Of a stretch of 64,000 nt of DNA, positions 13,711 to 28,461 are shown piece after piece. Made by a program: the position numbers and the translations under genes. Below the pieces are notes generated by a model. The model worked only from the letters and a program-made list of their open reading frames with translations, was not told the origin of the DNA and ran no database searches. How positions within the stretch are numbered: position 1 is the stretch's first letter; the number at the start of each line of letters is the position of its first letter. Source of the stretch: Octopus vulgaris (Eukaryota); the NCBI GenBank assembly GCA_951406725.2, contig OX597830.1, forward strand, positions 35,340,001 through 35,404,000, given 5' to 3'.

Positions 13711-14268
13711 CAGTGGTTCTCAACCAGATTTGGTTGTTAAAATTTATGTCTAACTAGCAGTAACGCCCGGCGTTGCTCGGGTTTGTAAGGGAAATAACTA
13801 TATAAGCATTTTTAGAGATGTAAAGTATAATAGCCATCTCAATATGGCTAACCACAAAGGGGGGTGTTACTGTAGCTTTTTACGTTCTGAGATTTAATAA
13901 TACATTTTTAGAGAGTTACTTCCCTTATATAATAGCAAAAAAATGCATTAAAATTGGGAAAAATGATAGTAATTTTTTTTTTAAATCGTAGACTCATCGT
14001 AGACGCGCGCTAATACCCAGAAGGGCTCGATATGAATCACGACTATAGGATACCCGCTTTTGGTTACACTGCACCGCAAAATGTGGGAGTAGTTAGGAAT
14101 CTAAATCGTAGGAGACTGACACACAACTTCACTTTTATATATAAAGATAATCTGATTATGCTTCTACAATACACAAAAATATTTAAACATTCTTAATACA
14201 ATTTCTAATAATATTTAATCCTAAAAATAGGATAAGAGTTTTTAGATATCAAATGACTATAGGGGTCC
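13711..14268 (-). mobile_element. hAT-type MITE (CAGTGGTTCTCAAC terminus) interrupted by a Helitron
   Basis: 13711-13753 joined to 14148-14268 aligns by eye with the reverse complement of 59678-59930; another terminus fragment lies at 14429-14470. Confidence 0.65.
13754..14147 (-). mobile_element. Non-autonomous Helitron
   Basis: Minus strand starts TC (tctttatatataaaag), ends with hairpin cccgagcaacgccggg then CTAG; inserted between A and T with no TSD. Confidence 0.88.
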
Positions 14269-14269
14269 T

Positions 14270-14483
14270 CCTAAGACTAGTATAGTTAATCTGGAGTCTG
14301 TGTAGATACCACAATATTGCCCTTGGGTCTCATCAGTATAATTCATTATATTGTAAAAATTCTTACCTGGCTGTCGATTCTAGGAAGCTTATGAGATATA
14401 TTTCTTCATCTTCCTACAACCATTAGACCAGTGTTTCTCGACCATCTTTTGCCTATGGACCCCTTTGATTGCTAATAGCATGT

Positions 14484-14558
<75 letters not shown>

Positions 14559-14884
14559 TGTGTGTGTGTGTACGTACTGAAGTACTTCAGTCATAGTCTA
14601 GTCCCTTAATGAACACCGTAGAATGACATAAGAAGTGTAATGAGATACATAGATACAGAGGCAGATAGACAGACAGATAGATAGATATATAAATAGATAG
14701 ACAGACAGACAGTAAGTCAGATAGATAGATCGATAGATTGATAGATTTAGAAACATCTCTCATAAGCTTCCTAGAATCGACAGCCAGGTAAGAATTTTTA
14801 CAATATAATGAATTATGCTGATGAGACCCAAGGGTAATATTGTGGTATCTACACAGACCGCAGATTAACTATACTAGTCTTAGG
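14270..14884. repeat. 136-bp inverted repeat pair (14270-14405 / 14749-14884)
   Basis: About 6 mismatches in 136 bp by manual comparison; spacer contains (TG)n and (GATA)n. Confidence 0.92.
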
Positions 14885-16507
14885 TCAAATCAAGTATAAG
14901 GTAGAATATATTTGGTTAAGGTCAGTAGCAGTGGGATTGAAATTTGTTCCGAGTAATTGCAAAGCCAGCGTATTAGCAATTTGGCCAATACGGTGATTTG
15001 TAAAAGAATTAATCATACAAGGACGACGATAAATAGACAAAGTGACGTACAGACACACTATATATATTAATGTTCCTATGTTATAATAGAAATAATTTTA
15101 CCTTAGATTGAAGGATTACTCAATACATTTAGTAGAGCATAAATTTATTATTCTTTAACAAGAATAGTATTGACAATAACTTCGAAGTTTCGGTCAGCTA
15201 GCTAGCTCATCATCGGATTATATATGAATGTATGTATGTATGCATGTATAGACAGATAGGTAAGCAGACATACAGACGTACAAACAGAGATTGATAGATA
15301 TATAGATAGATAAACAGACAGACAGGCAGGCAGGAAGAGAGGTTAACTGTAAAACAAATATGTAGACAGATAGCTGCAGCGATTTAACGTTTCTGAACGT
15401 TGATTTAAACTGTTTACAGCTTTGATTTTCAACCCATAGATTTTTACTTCATCAAATCTTGCGGCACTAATTCAAATGTGGTCTATCCTGTACGTAAAGG
15501 ATAAGAAAGATCAAAATTCGACCATCATATTTTAAATGCCGCATATTTTGTTTCTTCCAAAAACCAAATGTATTAGAAGAAACTTTCTGTTGACATAAAT
15601 ATATGAATAGGCTGATAGAAACGAATTTTAAAGTAGTTTTGTAGCCTGTGGTAAACAGTTTTATCAGTTTAGGCATTTGCTCACAGGATGAAAGCTTTCG
15701 AATAAAAAATTACAGTTAAAGGGATGGGGGAAATTCTTTGGAGTATTGTAGTCACATGTGAAGGAAGAGATTTTAGTTTCAATCTCGAATCGGTACTGTA
15801 ATTGAAATGGATAATGTTTCTTGATAAAATTTGTAAGTCCCTGGTCATAATTATATCTAAATGTATCTCTTTCTCATTTTTAGTTTATGTACGTTTTGTT
15901 CAAATAACAATGTAGGTAATTGGATTTACATATATATATATATATATATGTTTTAATGGAGAGATATGTACTCACTCACATATATACATACATAAATCAA
16001 TTTACATATATCAGAAATGATATCGTATAACATTGGTTATTATTGATGATATCAAATTTAAAAAGAAAAATACGTAATTACCCGACATTCCACCCACTCC
16101 CAGTCTCACAACAAAACGGAGGAGGAAATTAAGACAAATAAAAAAATACTGAATGAAATTAATTTTTTTAGAACATGATAAATACCAAAATAATTTAAAA
16201 GAATTTCCTCTAAAATATTACTCGCTTCTGGAGGTGGGCCAAAGAAATGAAATCTTAATATTTTGTAACTTTTTTTTTCTTTTTGTTTGCATATGAATTT
16301 TGGCATCCTTTCAATCGTAAATCTAGGAAATTTCTCGAAGAATATGATCGTAAGCACTATTTAATGCTTTCAGTGAGGCTAGTCATGTTGAAGTGGTTTC
16401 AGATTATATAACTGATCACGTCAAGGATAAAATAAGATCGGTTCCTTCTTACTGTCATTTTAATCATCCATTTATTTATCTAGCAATTTATCTATCTATC
16501 TATCTAC

Positions 16508-16575
<68 letters not shown>

Positions 16576-16577
16576 TA

Positions 16578-16980
16578 CTCTTTCTCTTTTACTTGTTTCA
16601 GTCATTTGACTGCGGCCATGCTGGAGCACCGCCTTTAGTCGAGCAAATCGATCCCGGGACTAATTCTTTGTAAGCCCAGTACTTATTCTATCGGTCTCTT
16701 TTGCCGAACCGCTAAGTGACGGGGACGTAAACACACCAGCATCGGTTGTCAAGCAATGCTAGGGAGACAAACACAGACACACAAATCCACACACACACAC
16801 ACACATACATATACATATATACGACAGGCTTTCAGTTTCCGTCTACCAAATCCACTCACAAGGCATTGGTCGGCTCGGGGTTATAGCAGAAGACACTTGC
16901 CCAAGGTGTCACGCAGTGGGACTGAACCCGGAACCATGTGGTTGGTTAGCAAGCTACTTGCAACACAGCCACTCCTGCGC

Positions 16981-16981
<1 letters not shown>
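16578..16981 (-). mobile_element. Full-length tRNA-derived SINE family A
   Basis: Reverse complement of the 12865 and 30469 copies; inserted in a (TATC)n tract. Confidence 0.95.
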
Positions 16982-17032
<51 letters not shown>

Positions 17033-17035
17033 ATT

Positions 17036-17088
<53 letters not shown>

Positions 17089-17464
17089 ATTTCTATCTAT
17101 CTATATGTCTATTTATCTATCGATCTCTATATCTATCTGTCTGCCTATCTACCTCTGTATCTATGTATCTCAACGCTTCTTATATTCTTCTACAGTGTTC
17201 ATTAAGGGATTAGACTATGACTGAAGTAGTCCAGGACGTACACACACACACACATATACATTTGCGTATGTATGTACGTATGCATATGTGCATATGCATA
17301 TATTTCAAAATGTTACTACATGTGGATCGTTGGCGACTTTTCCTTCCGCCTTCCTTTTCTCTTGGAAATCATTGTTATATATATATATACATACACACAC
17401 ACACACACACACACATACATACATACATACATACATACATACATACATGCATACATAAACACAT

Positions 17465-17518
<54 letters not shown>

Positions 17519-18757
17519 GATCGCATTTCCTTTCTTCCCAACACACACACATACACACAAGAAAAAAGAAAAGACAATATATATATATATTTCCGACTCT
17601 GAGTTCAATTTGACCAAAGTCAACTTTACACTTGTTTTCTCTGTTCGAAATTGATAGAAATGTATCAGATCCTGGGTTAGTGTACTAAGGAACTGCACGA
17701 AACCTTGTGGTATTTATTCAATGACTAGAAACCTCGTGGCATTTGTTCAAATCCCACCAGAATCAAATCGGTTTTTCATTCTTCTGAAGTTCAAAATCAA
17801 TCCATGCGCTGGTGGATTAGAGGGAATGTAAGAAATATTCTGGACAGTTGATATTCGTTTTTAGTCTTGACACTAAATTGTAAGGACCGCGGACCTAATA
17901 CCCTGTGTTATTTGTTCTGGATCTTTGACTTCTGGTTTGTTGTCCCGCTCCGACCATAAGGAACTTTAACAAACACCACCCTGTTACAAGTATTTCGGAC
18001 TAGTTCTCAGTTGTAAGATAACTTATCCCTAACTCTCACCAGCGTCGAGGCTCTGTAAAGAGTAATTGACACACACTTTACTCATGACTAAAAAATATAC
18101 AAAATATCACCGCAGAAACGTTTTCCGACATACATTTACTTGGTCAAGAACAAACTTAGTGCCTAACAACAACGACAATAGCAAGATCATCGTTAAAAAG
18201 AACAGCAGTCAAGCTTGTATCATTTACATCTATGTCCTGTACTACAGGCCTATTCACATGAACAGACGGTAGAAATTAAAAACCCTGTTAGAGGCTGCGT
18301 GTTTCGTAGCAATGTAACGGACATGTAAATGGAGGTAGCGAGAAGGAAAAGGAATTAAGAGAATCATTCCAACTTTTAACCTAATTTCATTAATTGTATC
18401 TATTTAAAGATACGTTGTTACGGTCAACTGGCGCTCTACAGACGGGATCAAATCTCGTCGGGTTCAGGAAGCTACGCAGCGTCATGCTTTCAACTATTGT
18501 TTCTTTTGAGTAATTCCGGGAGATGAAGCCGTTTCATTCGTGAAAAATTGAAGAATGTACATGTGTGAGGGTGTTTTTATGTTTGCGGAGAGTAAGTAAT
18601 ATATATGTGTGTATGTTAGTATGTGGTAGCTAGGTATCTGTATCCGTGTATGTGAGTATACATACCTACATATATACATATATGTGTGTGAGAGTCTTTG
18701 TGTGTGTCTGTATATGTGTGTGCATATATATATGTGTATATATGTGCACGAGCCAGT

Positions 18758-18811
<54 letters not shown>

Positions 18812-18853
18812 AGACACACAGATAGATAGAGAGAGAGAGAGGTATGTAGGTAG

Positions 18854-18931
<78 letters not shown>

Positions 18932-18934
18932 TGC

Positions 18935-18980
<46 letters not shown>

Positions 18981-19618
18981 ATGTAGAAGTCTGTGAGTGA
19001 ATATATGTGAATGTTCGTTGGGAGTCTCCACTAATTGGTATATTTAATGTTTTCACTAAATTCCTCAAGATTATAGATGCTGAAGGATGGAGGTGGGTGT
19101 TGGCTGGTGGGAACACATGTACAATATTGGAAATGTAAAAAGGAATCACTGTTCTGGAAGAGAGATCGGGTTTTGTCTTTTCTTTTTTCTTGTGTGTGTG
19201 TGTGTTTGTTTGTGTGTGCATGTGTGTGTGTGTGTGTGTGTATTTGTGTGTGTGTGTATGTGTGTGTGTGTGTGCGCGCGTGTGTTGGGAAGAAAGGAAA
19301 TGCGATCGAATGAGGCAGAATGCTGGAACGGAAGAGAGGCTGGCTTCAAGTATGTAAACTCTAGGTTTTCTGTGCGTGAATATGTGTATGTATAGATGTA
19401 TGTATGTATGTGTGCGTATACACACACACACACACACACACACATAAATTTATTTATATACGTGTGTGTATATATATATGTGTGTGTATGCGTGTATGTA
19501 TATATATGTGTGTATGTATATATATGTGTGCATGTATATATATATGTGCGTGTGGGTATGTATATATAATAGAATGTTAGATAGACAGGCAGACATTCAG
19601 ACAGACAGACAGACTGAC

Positions 19619-19655
<37 letters not shown>

Positions 19656-19983
19656 CTCAAACAAATAGATATGTAGGCAGGCATACGGGCGGACACACAG
19701 ATAAACGGATGAACATTTATTCAGAAGGCGTACATATAAATACAATTTGAAAAAAGAATCAAGTTAAGAAAAACATGGAGTAATGAAACAATGATGACAG
19801 ATTTTTTAAAACAATTTTTTAACTATTATTCAAAGACGCCATACTCATCTGAAACAATTATAACGGGCTGGGATTTTTCTCATCATTAATTCGCCAGTTA
19901 CAGGGAAGACAAGGAGTCAGTATAAGGCAGAAACATGACCAGAATTGACTATAAAATTTGACGGATCATACGATTCAAAAGAA

Positions 19984-20038
<55 letters not shown>

Positions 20039-20069
20039 TGATGATGATAATAATAATAATTATAATTAT

Positions 20070-20569
20070 AAATGCCCTGATGCAGTACCAGTCAGTGGCT
20101 CTCATGGCTTCTGATCTTAACTGATTGGAAGTGTTATCATGTACATTGTTTTGTCTTGGTATAAAAGATGGGTTAGAGCAAATGTTCTGCTCAATACCAC
20201 TGATTTGCTTCTCAGTTGTTTAACCTTAACCAGTTGAGCATGTCCCTTCGTGGCTGACGATATGTGCATCTCTGATCACGAGCAGAAGTAGTAGGGAGCA
20301 TCATAGTCATGTGTTGAGAGGGATTCTTTGAGGTGTGAATAATTCAACTCTGGAAACATGGGTGTTTTGTGTAACATCCTTAAACAACCTTTATTCAGGG
20401 ACCTTTTGAGCGGGATGGGTTGCTCGACCAGATTCTAACTGGGCCCCACCTGCAAGGTCATGCGCTGTTTATCTTGATATGAGATCACCATGTCGCGCAC
20501 ACATGGTTGTGATGCATGTGCCTAGTGTACCCTTATCAGATGGGTAGTCATGATGGGTATACTGGGCTT
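20070..20569. mobile_element. ~550-bp (AAT)n-associated non-coding interspersed element (family E), right end missing
   Basis: Highly similar to 52354-52900 and 53011-53513; preceded by (AAT)n. Confidence 0.88.
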
Positions 20570-20878
20570 AGAGCCACTACGTTAGCTAACACCTATGGAA
20601 CTTGAAGAACAACTCTACGTTGCATACAATGAAGTGGAAAATCGTATTCATTATTCTAGACCGTTTCAATCGTAGAACTGTATTTGTCTTCCTTTTTAAT
20701 GACATCACCATGGATTGCTGTTCCCCGAGCAATCAACCGAGTTCACCTGATCAGGTTGATCTTAAAGCAACTTTCATAATATAGTTACGTGTGGATAGGT
20801 TTGACGAGTGTTAACAGGAACGGCCAGTCATGTTTGCGTCAAGTTAAACTAAATATAAGAAATTATTTAAGTAAAACA

Positions 20879-21035
20879 AGGCGATGATCTGGCAGAATCA
20901 TTAGCACGTCAGGTGAAATACATAGCGACGTTCCGTCCGTCCTTACATTCTGAGTTCAAATTCAACCGAGGTAGTCTTGCCTGTCATCTATTCGGATGAA
21001 CTAGTTGAGCACTGGGTTCGATGTAACTGACTTAA
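20879..21035 (+). mobile_element. Degenerate tRNA-derived SINE family B
   Basis: ctggcagaatcattagcacg...ttctgagttcaaatt...ttgcctgtcatc matches family B copies. Confidence 0.75.
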
Positions 21036-21055
21036 CTATTCCTAAGCATAAGTAT

Positions 21056-21363
21056 GGAGGTGCAATGCCCCAGTGGTTAGGGCAGCGGACTCGCGGTCGG
21101 AGGATCGCGGTTTCGATTCCCAGACCGGGCATTGTATGTGTTTATTGAGCGAAAACACCTAAAGCTCCACGAGGCTCCGGCACGGGATGGTGGCGACCCC
21201 TGTTGTACTCTTTCGCTCCAACTTTCTCTCACTCTTTCTTCCTGTTTCTTGAGTAACGCTGCGATGGACTGGCGTCCCGTCTTGCTGAGTGGGGGGCACA
21301 TACGCCATAGAAACCGGGAAACCGGGCCCATGAGCCTGGCTAAGCTTGAAAAGAGTGCACAAA

Positions 21364-21393
<30 letters not shown>
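21056..21393 (+). mobile_element. tRNA-derived SINE, head H1 + tail T1, (AAAT)n tail
   Basis: cagtggttagggcagcggactcgcggtc...gtttcgattcc head shared with 31310 and 57427; T1 tail shared with 6905 and 31310. Confidence 0.9.
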
Positions 21394-21394
<1 letters not shown>

Positions 21395-21424
21395 GCATAA
21401 GTTTAAAATCATTGCATCTTTCTG

Positions 21425-21595
21425 CCATGCCATGTTGAGCCAGTTGGAAGAGTCGGCTCATCAAACCACTACGATCACGAGCTCAAATTCCCGGCCTCTA
21501 CATCAGACTGCGGTTGGTGGAGAGAACATGCTGAGTCCTTCGTCCTGCCGTGGGCTCAAAATAAGTAATCCAATCCAATCCAATCCAATCCAAAA
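21425..21595 (+). mobile_element. Possible RTE-like LINE 3' end with (AATCC)n tail
   Basis: One frame reads ELKFPASTSDCGWWREHAESFVLPWAQNK*, reminiscent of the RTE C-terminal DRxxWR motif, followed directly by a tandem pentamer tail. Confidence 0.35.
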
Positions 21596-22033
21596 TAATC
21601 TAAGCGCAACTAAAACAAGATAGAATAAGTTCTAAAGATTACAGATGAAAGTATCATTCCTTTTGCTCCTTAACAGATTTATTTCTAGAAATATTATTAT
21701 CATAACGATGTAAAACGTAAGATGAGTACACTATAGGTTGTTTGGTTTTTATAAAGATACGTAAATATAAGGACACTGAATAATTTGAACGAAACAGCAG
21801 AGTTGAAAATTTAAGAGTAGTTAATCAATTGCTCTGACAGTCTCTTCACAAGTGTAACCGAACATGAATGTGCGCGCGCGCGTTGGACTGGTGTGCGTGT
21901 ATTTATATACGTATATCTGAAAGTGTTTGTGTGTGTCAGTATGTATGTGTACATCTATGCATGAGTGACTATATATGTATGTATATACATTTTTGTAAAT
22001 GAATGTATGTATATGTATATGTATATGAATATG

Positions 22034-22065
<32 letters not shown>

Positions 22066-22090
22066 ACAAAGTGGAGTTGTGGGGTACCGC

Positions 22091-22152
<62 letters not shown>

Positions 22153-22453
22153 CATATATGTATCATCCATACCCTCATATATAAATATGAACACACATAT
22201 ATATATATAAATACATACACACACACATATATATATATACACACGCACACACGCATGCATGTACGTATATATAAATGCATATACACACATGTACATATAT
22301 ATATATATATATAATATATATACACACACACACGCACACATATATATATATGTATGGGAATGTATTTATATATGTTTATGTATTTTAGATATATGCACGC
22401 TTATACGTGTATATTTATTTATATATATACATATGTACATATGCATTCACACA

Positions 22454-22495
<42 letters not shown>

Positions 22496-23048
22496 CATGC
22501 ATACATATATACATACATACAGGCATCTATGTATACATGCATGTGGGAGATTACTTTGTAAATATATTAGCGTTTGTATATGGGATGTGTGTGCAGATGT
22601 GTACTCCATGGTTAAAAAGATAAAAGGCAATAAATACAACAAACGGACAAAAGAAATAACTATCACAAAAACTGTACAAAAGAGAGAAATAAATATATTT
22701 CCACCTTTTATTTTCGGCAGCTGCAGATATCTCTTTGACTGAAGTCTAAAATAGTTATTCAAAAGAGTTTTAATGAAGTTTATGCAGCTACATTTCCTTC
22801 TCGTTTTCTTAATCCGTATCAAGTATTCTAATCGCAGGCTCAGGTGAAATAAGAGCCGATGATGCAAATGTCACCAGCTTTCGTGATAGGTCTTGTCTGC
22901 ATCATTCACAGTTGGTTATGTTCGTCAGATTTTTCGAGCAAAGAAAATGAGGAGCGAGAAACAAGTATTACTTATTGCTCATTCTCTATTATGTCAGCCA
23001 TTTTATTTGGTTGTTTTTGCTTCTGTTTTATCATTCGTTTCTCTACAC

Positions 23049-23113
<65 letters not shown>

Positions 23114-23994
23114 CTTTCTCTCTCTCATTTCCTTTCTTTATCGTGTATTCAAATTAGACAGTAACGAACAAACAAATGGAATACACACCCCCTTACTCAC
23201 TTTGAACGTACTATCACCTCTTTTAAACAAACAGTCTCACAGTGGCTCTCTCATATGTGTGTGTGAGTGTGTGTGTGTATAAATGTATATATATATATAT
23301 ATGTACATAAATATACATATATATACAAATATATACATATACATACGTATATATATATATATATATATATAACCATGCATATACATATATAAATATGTAT
23401 GTACATATATATGCTTATAAACGCATACACGTACACATTCACACACACACAAACAGACACACACACACATGCATATTGTTGTGAGGAGGAGGGGGGAATT
23501 CATTATATTATTTTGCCACTGGTTCATCAACAATACCAGAGATAACAACATCTCTCTATAAACACATTGACATCTCACGTAGAAAATAATAAGACACGAC
23601 AAACAGTACTAATGGAACTGAAACCCAGATACGACTGACACTCTGTCAGGTCTTAAATATAAAACTCCTCGTGCGCCATCATACACGGAATATGAGAAAT
23701 AAGCAAACACGCACAAGCAAACATTAAACACACACACACACTCACACACACTCATATAAATATGTGTGTGGTGGGTGTGTGGGTGTGTGGATGTATGGGT
23801 GTGTGGGTGTGTGGGTGTGCGGATATGGATATGAGTATGCATGTATATTCATTTATATGTACATATTCGCATGCATATGAATATACATCTATATATTTGA
23901 GTGTGTGTGTATCCGCTTATAATCATGTATATATATATATATATATATATATCATGTATTGCATATACAGATGGTTAGCTAACTAGCTAGCTAG

Positions 23995-24210
<216 letters not shown>

Positions 24211-24249
24211 ACTGATGAAAATATGACCTGTATATAATTGAATGTGCAC

Positions 24250-25186
24250 TAGAGGTACTCGGAATTTTGTGTTCCTGATCTTATGGCTACTTATGCTTAT
24301 CGCGGGTTGCTTTCTCATGTAAATCTAAAACAGCTTGTTAGGAATTACTGTTTTCAAAACTGAGGACATCAAGTCACACGAAGGATGCTGTAATTGGCGG
24401 CAGTCAAAGTTTGAGTTAATTTGAGAGAGGTCAAATTTACAAGCAGGGCCTGCAGAATAGTGAAATGCATTGCATCTAAAAAGCTTGAAACTACGGCAAG
24501 GAAAGTGACGGGAGGCAAAACCAACACCTTGGTTCCATTGTGTTAATCAAACTGTTCGTTGTGAATTCCATAAAGTTTCATACCATTAGTGGTCTATCAC
24601 TATTCATACGCACAGGAAATGCTGTCTATATTACCAGAAGTAGTCTACAGTAAAGTGGAACAACCTTAAATGTTCTGATGAATGTTTATTCGCCCCTTTG
24701 ACGGGGTGAGTTTATGTCTGGAGACATAATCTTGAATGGTCCCATATTGTGAGTGGTGGGTCTGTGATAACTGGAAATTCATATCACGGAATTATTTTGG
24801 CACTTTAGTTTTTATGTATGGCCGCGTTTCTATATAGGATCATCAGAGTATTTTGGTCCATCTTCTATATACAACGGTGAAAACGTTGATCTTCCGGGCC
24901 TACAGTGCGCAGATTCACGGATCTGTTAAAAAAAAAGTTTGGTACGGAAAGCACAAAAGTGAATTAGTATATTTAAACTGGTCCCAGGATGTCAATATAT
25001 ATGAACATTTATGGCGCATTTTGAAACCCCAAATGGGAAGCAGTTTACTTCCACCATCGTTGCTGATAGGGTTAAAGCTTGTTACACTTGAAGAATGGCT
25101 CAAATTCCTCCTAAAAACCATTCAGAACTTGTACAAGTTCTGCAACATAGTGAAGCTGCTTCCATTATTTTGATTGACCCGTGTAT
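24250..25186 (+). pseudogene. Decayed Tc1-family DDE transposase
   Basis: ORF 24853-25173 (IFRAYSAQIHG...WSQDVNIYEHLWRILK...PPSLLIGL...EEWLKFLLKTIQNLY) matches Tc1 motifs FQDDNAPIH / WPxxSPDLNPIExLW / EEWxxIPxxxIQNL; upstream GGSV-like block near 24735; many frameshifts. Confidence 0.8.
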
Positions 25187-25334
25187 GGGTGGATCTGAGT
25201 TTGTCGATATAAGATAGATCTCACACACAAATAAAAATATAAATATACATTTTACATATATTTGCATATTAATAAATATGAAAACGTGTTTCCAAAGTGC
25301 ATGGCTTGTGTATATATATATTATTTTTTACTAC

Positions 25335-25772
25335 TTACATTCATTGGGCTGTGGTCATGGAGGGGCACCGTCTTGAAGTGCTTTTTACTCGAACCGCTAC
25401 GTTACTTGAACCTAAAGAATCCACCACTGGTTATTAAAGCGATGGTATGGAAGAAACACGAACACACACACATATATTTTCCTTTTGCTTGTTTCAGTTA
25501 CTTGAGTACGGCTATGCTAGAGTACCACCTTCAGTTGAACAAATCGACCCCAGGGCTTACTCTTTGCAAGCCTAGAGCTTATTCTATCGGCAATTTTTGC
25601 CGAACCGCTAAGTTACATATATATATATATAAACCACGGTCTTGTTTCAGTTTCCATTTATCAAATCGTCTCACAGGGCTTTTGTGGGCGCGTGGCTATG
25701 GTAGAAGAAACTTATGGAAGTGAACTCGAAACCATTTGGCTGGGGAGCAAATTTCCTACCACGCAGCCACGT
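25335..25772 (-). mobile_element. Degenerate family A SINE fragments
   Basis: ttgtttcagtta...aaatcgacccc...ttttgccgaaccgctaagtt...ttcagtttcc...accacgcagccac. Confidence 0.7.
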
Positions 25773-27064
25773 TTACATATCACACTTCTCACATACCATC
25801 ACTATGCATATCATGAGTATGAATAAATAAGTGTCTGGGTGTGTATGTGGTGGTGTTCGCACATGTGGGAGGGATGCGTGATTGTGTTTGTGTGTGCGTG
25901 TGTGCGTGTATGCGTGTGTGTGTGTTTTATGTGTGTTTTTGTGTGAATCTACGTGTGTGTGTTTGTGTAATCATCTTCAAAATTGCCGTCTTTAACATCA
26001 TCATCACCTACCCCCTTTTTATCTAAATTCATCATTATCATCGTCATCATCATCATCATCATCATCATCATCAACATCATCATCATCATCATCATCATTA
26101 CCATCATCATCATCACTAAGTTAATTTCACTGTATTGTCCCTGTAGCAAATCGTTCGTTATATTATTTTCAATGTTGACATCCCTCTCTAAAATGGAGAT
26201 AATTGTAATATACATTTATTTATATATTCATTTACTTATATATATATATATATTCCTTACATTCATTTTGTTATTGCATTTGTTTTTGTTTTCGTTTTGT
26301 TTTGTTTGTTTGTTCTTTTTCATTTATTATCTTCTCCCTTCACAATTCTATAGATATGTGAGTATACGTGTTCACTTCCGGCTATCTAAGGTCGTTGTTA
26401 GTACTTTAAGTTTTTTTCTTCTTCTTCGTCTCTCTATTACCTTGTTTTATTTTGCTCATTTACAATACGTTCATTCTCTCCTACTCATACGGAGAGGTCA
26501 TCCTCATACACAGAGCCTTCAATAGAAATTTCAGAAGTTTTGTTAACAAGTTCTGCTGTTTTCTGTAGTAAATTCCGACATCTTTCTTGCACGCTAAATA
26601 TGTCACAGCGCTATTCTATACTTACGTCACATCAGTCAACGATCCACATGAAAGGGACACCATTAATTTTAGACTAGTTCATAACATCACTTGATTCTGT
26701 CCATTGGAAAGCAAAGTCAAACAATTTTTCTTGTATTCTTTATTTTTTGCCATTGTTGTATTTTGCATAAACACATATACAAACGTGCAAATATGCGTTC
26801 ATACATATATACATTGATAAACAACACCTACATATACAAGTACATACTTGCATATATACACTTAGGCAAATATATACATACGTACATACATGCATACGTA
26901 CATACATACATGCGTATATACATATTTGTTAGCATTATTACTTGTTACTTTTCTTGATATATTATTCCTATTTCCAAATTTTTCATTTGTATTTTCAGAA
27001 GTATACACACAAAAGTGCGTAAGTGTGTATGTGGATAAATACATATATACATATATGTTTATAT

Positions 27065-27109
<45 letters not shown>

Positions 27110-27185
27110 TACAAAGATCCATATATAGATATATATAAATGTGCATACATATAATTATATATATACAAACACATATATGTATACA

Positions 27186-27232
<47 letters not shown>

Positions 27233-27364
27233 TATAAATATATATACATAATATATTTACTTTATTATACTGGCCGTTAACTTAACATCTTCGAGGTAAA
27301 AGGCAAAGGCAGTTCGCATTTTCTGACCTTATGCGTTAAAACTGTGCATTTAGATACGTGCCTA

Positions 27365-27467
<103 letters not shown>

Positions 27468-27484
27468 ATACATATATATATATG

Positions 27485-27545
<61 letters not shown>

Positions 27546-27828
27546 GTATATGCATATAGATATGTATATATGCATGTATGCAGCTACATACATTTATATT
27601 CATTTTTATATGTAAGAAAATATATATATGTAAATATATATATATATATGTCTATGTGTGTATGTCCATTAGCAACTCCGTGTATACTCATATATGTATA
27701 TATGTATATATAAATTTATATACGTATAATATATATATACATATGACAGGGAAAGCGAGGCGTGTATGAGTATTGATTAATATGAATTCATTTATATATA
27801 TCTACATGTACGTGTATGTATGTGTGCA

Positions 27829-27877
<49 letters not shown>

Positions 27878-28210
27878 GTGTATGTATATATATGTATATA
27901 TGTATATAAATTCATAGTCATAGATTTGTGTGTGTACGTGTATTTATTCATAAACAAAAAGCCTAACAAACCTATAGAGAAGAAAAGTAAGATTGAATTT
28001 TGCTTTGACCTTTTTATGTATGACAATGTTTTCTAGCCAACAATCCGTTGAAACTACAACAACTCATATCTTAGTAATTGGACAGCGTGATTTAATCATA
28101 TTTGATCGTATCGAAGTTATATAGTTCACTGTACGTGGAGCATATACACACACATATTCGTACATATATATATATATACATATATATATATAGATATATA
28201 TATACATGTA

Positions 28211-28255
<45 letters not shown>

Positions 28256-28417
28256 GTATTTTTGCCATTTATCATTGTTATATATATGTATATATATATA
28301 TATATATATATGCATATTATATATATGCATATATAAACATATATACATTTATATAGATATAGATATATATGTATATGTATGGATCGCTATATATTCATCT
28401 TTATATATATATATATG

Positions 28418-28461
<44 letters not shown>

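Noticed and set aside
21056-21130. tRNA gene calls for SINE heads (also 31310, 40885, 43444)
   Set aside because: A/B boxes present but cloverleaf stems are broken, and most continue into SINE bodies.
22858-22908. Hairpin gatgatgca...tgcatcatt as snoRNA or miRNA
   Set aside because: No proper C/D boxes and a large asymmetric bulge.
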